Assembly: GCF_963921235.1 (NCBI RefSeq)
Contig: NC_086097.1
Coordinates: 87,980,001-88,044,000 of the forward strand
Reading direction: 5' to 3'
Origin: Mobula hypostoma
Lineage: Eukaryota
DNA length: 64,000 bases
The notes under the pieces are model-generated. The model worked only from the letters and a program-made list of their open reading frames with translations, did not search any database and was not told the origin of the DNA. Both the position numbers and the translations under genes were made by a program. Position 1 is the first letter of the stretch. Every line of letters begins with the position of its first letter. Positions 63,520-64,000 of this stretch are shown piece by piece.

Positions 63520-64000
63520 ACAGGGAGTTTGGCCTCGTCACCTAGGACATCAATAGAGTAGCTCCTTAGCAGCTAGCCAGCTAGTTTAAATAACGTTAGC
63601 TACGCTAATGAATGAATGACACCTGTTAAACTCACCTCAACATGTCTTTTACAGTCTTAACCCACCATGGGCAATAGAAAAGTCACTGTTGTAAACAGTG
63701 CAGTGAGCAACACTGTCATTATTTTTGACCCCTATTAGGCAGGGGTACACTTTAGTGTAGTCTGGGGTGAAGTACATTTTATATTTTCTTTTCTTGAAAC
63801 ACTTTGCAGTGCAGGACATGAAACTGAACTGATGGAGAGACAGAGGTCGACTGTAAAGCCCGCCCACAGAGAAAACTGATAGGTCTACTTAGCACAAAGA
63901 GACCAACCAGGATGCTCACGCTTGCTCCCGCTCTCGATCTCGCTCCCGTGCTCAAGCTCGCTCTTGCTCCCGTGATCGCTCCCGCTCCTGCTCTCCCTCT
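63520..64000 (-). mobile_element. hAT-like DNA transposon fragment with zinc-finger first exon
   Basis: MSC...KRKYK..F...Y...YPCL......AHCTV.NSDFSIAHGG..DCKRHVE (one frameshift) followed by a GTGAGT donor; runs off the window. Confidence 0.6.

Overview
Vertebrate, repeat-rich non-coding DNA, probably intronic or intergenic. The repeat repertoire (CR1 and Rex1/Babar-like LINEs, abundant Penelope-like pLTR fragments, Gypsy LTRs, Tc1/Tigger) suggests a cartilaginous fish, probably a ray; this is inference. No intact host protein-coding gene, rRNA, tRNA gene or CRISPR array is supported, and nearly all ORF-track entries are transposon debris or spurious. Main structures: (1) Penelope-like elements carrying minimal type-I hammerhead ribozymes, including an 850-bp fold-back element with a ribozyme on each strand and a 188-bp fold-back whose inversion point lies inside the ribozyme; (2) a four-level retroelement nest at 22-31 kb (CR1 > chromodomain Gypsy > PNMA-like-gag Gypsy > CR1); (3) a full-length Tc1 interrupted by an internally deleted Tigger with a 156-nt hairpin; (4) several TSD-flanked SINE-like or non-autonomous retroposons; (5) an isolated 113-nt palindrome; (6) a few low-confidence minus-strand micro-exon candidates. 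Boundaries of decayed elements are approximate, and family names come from recalled motifs, not database searches.
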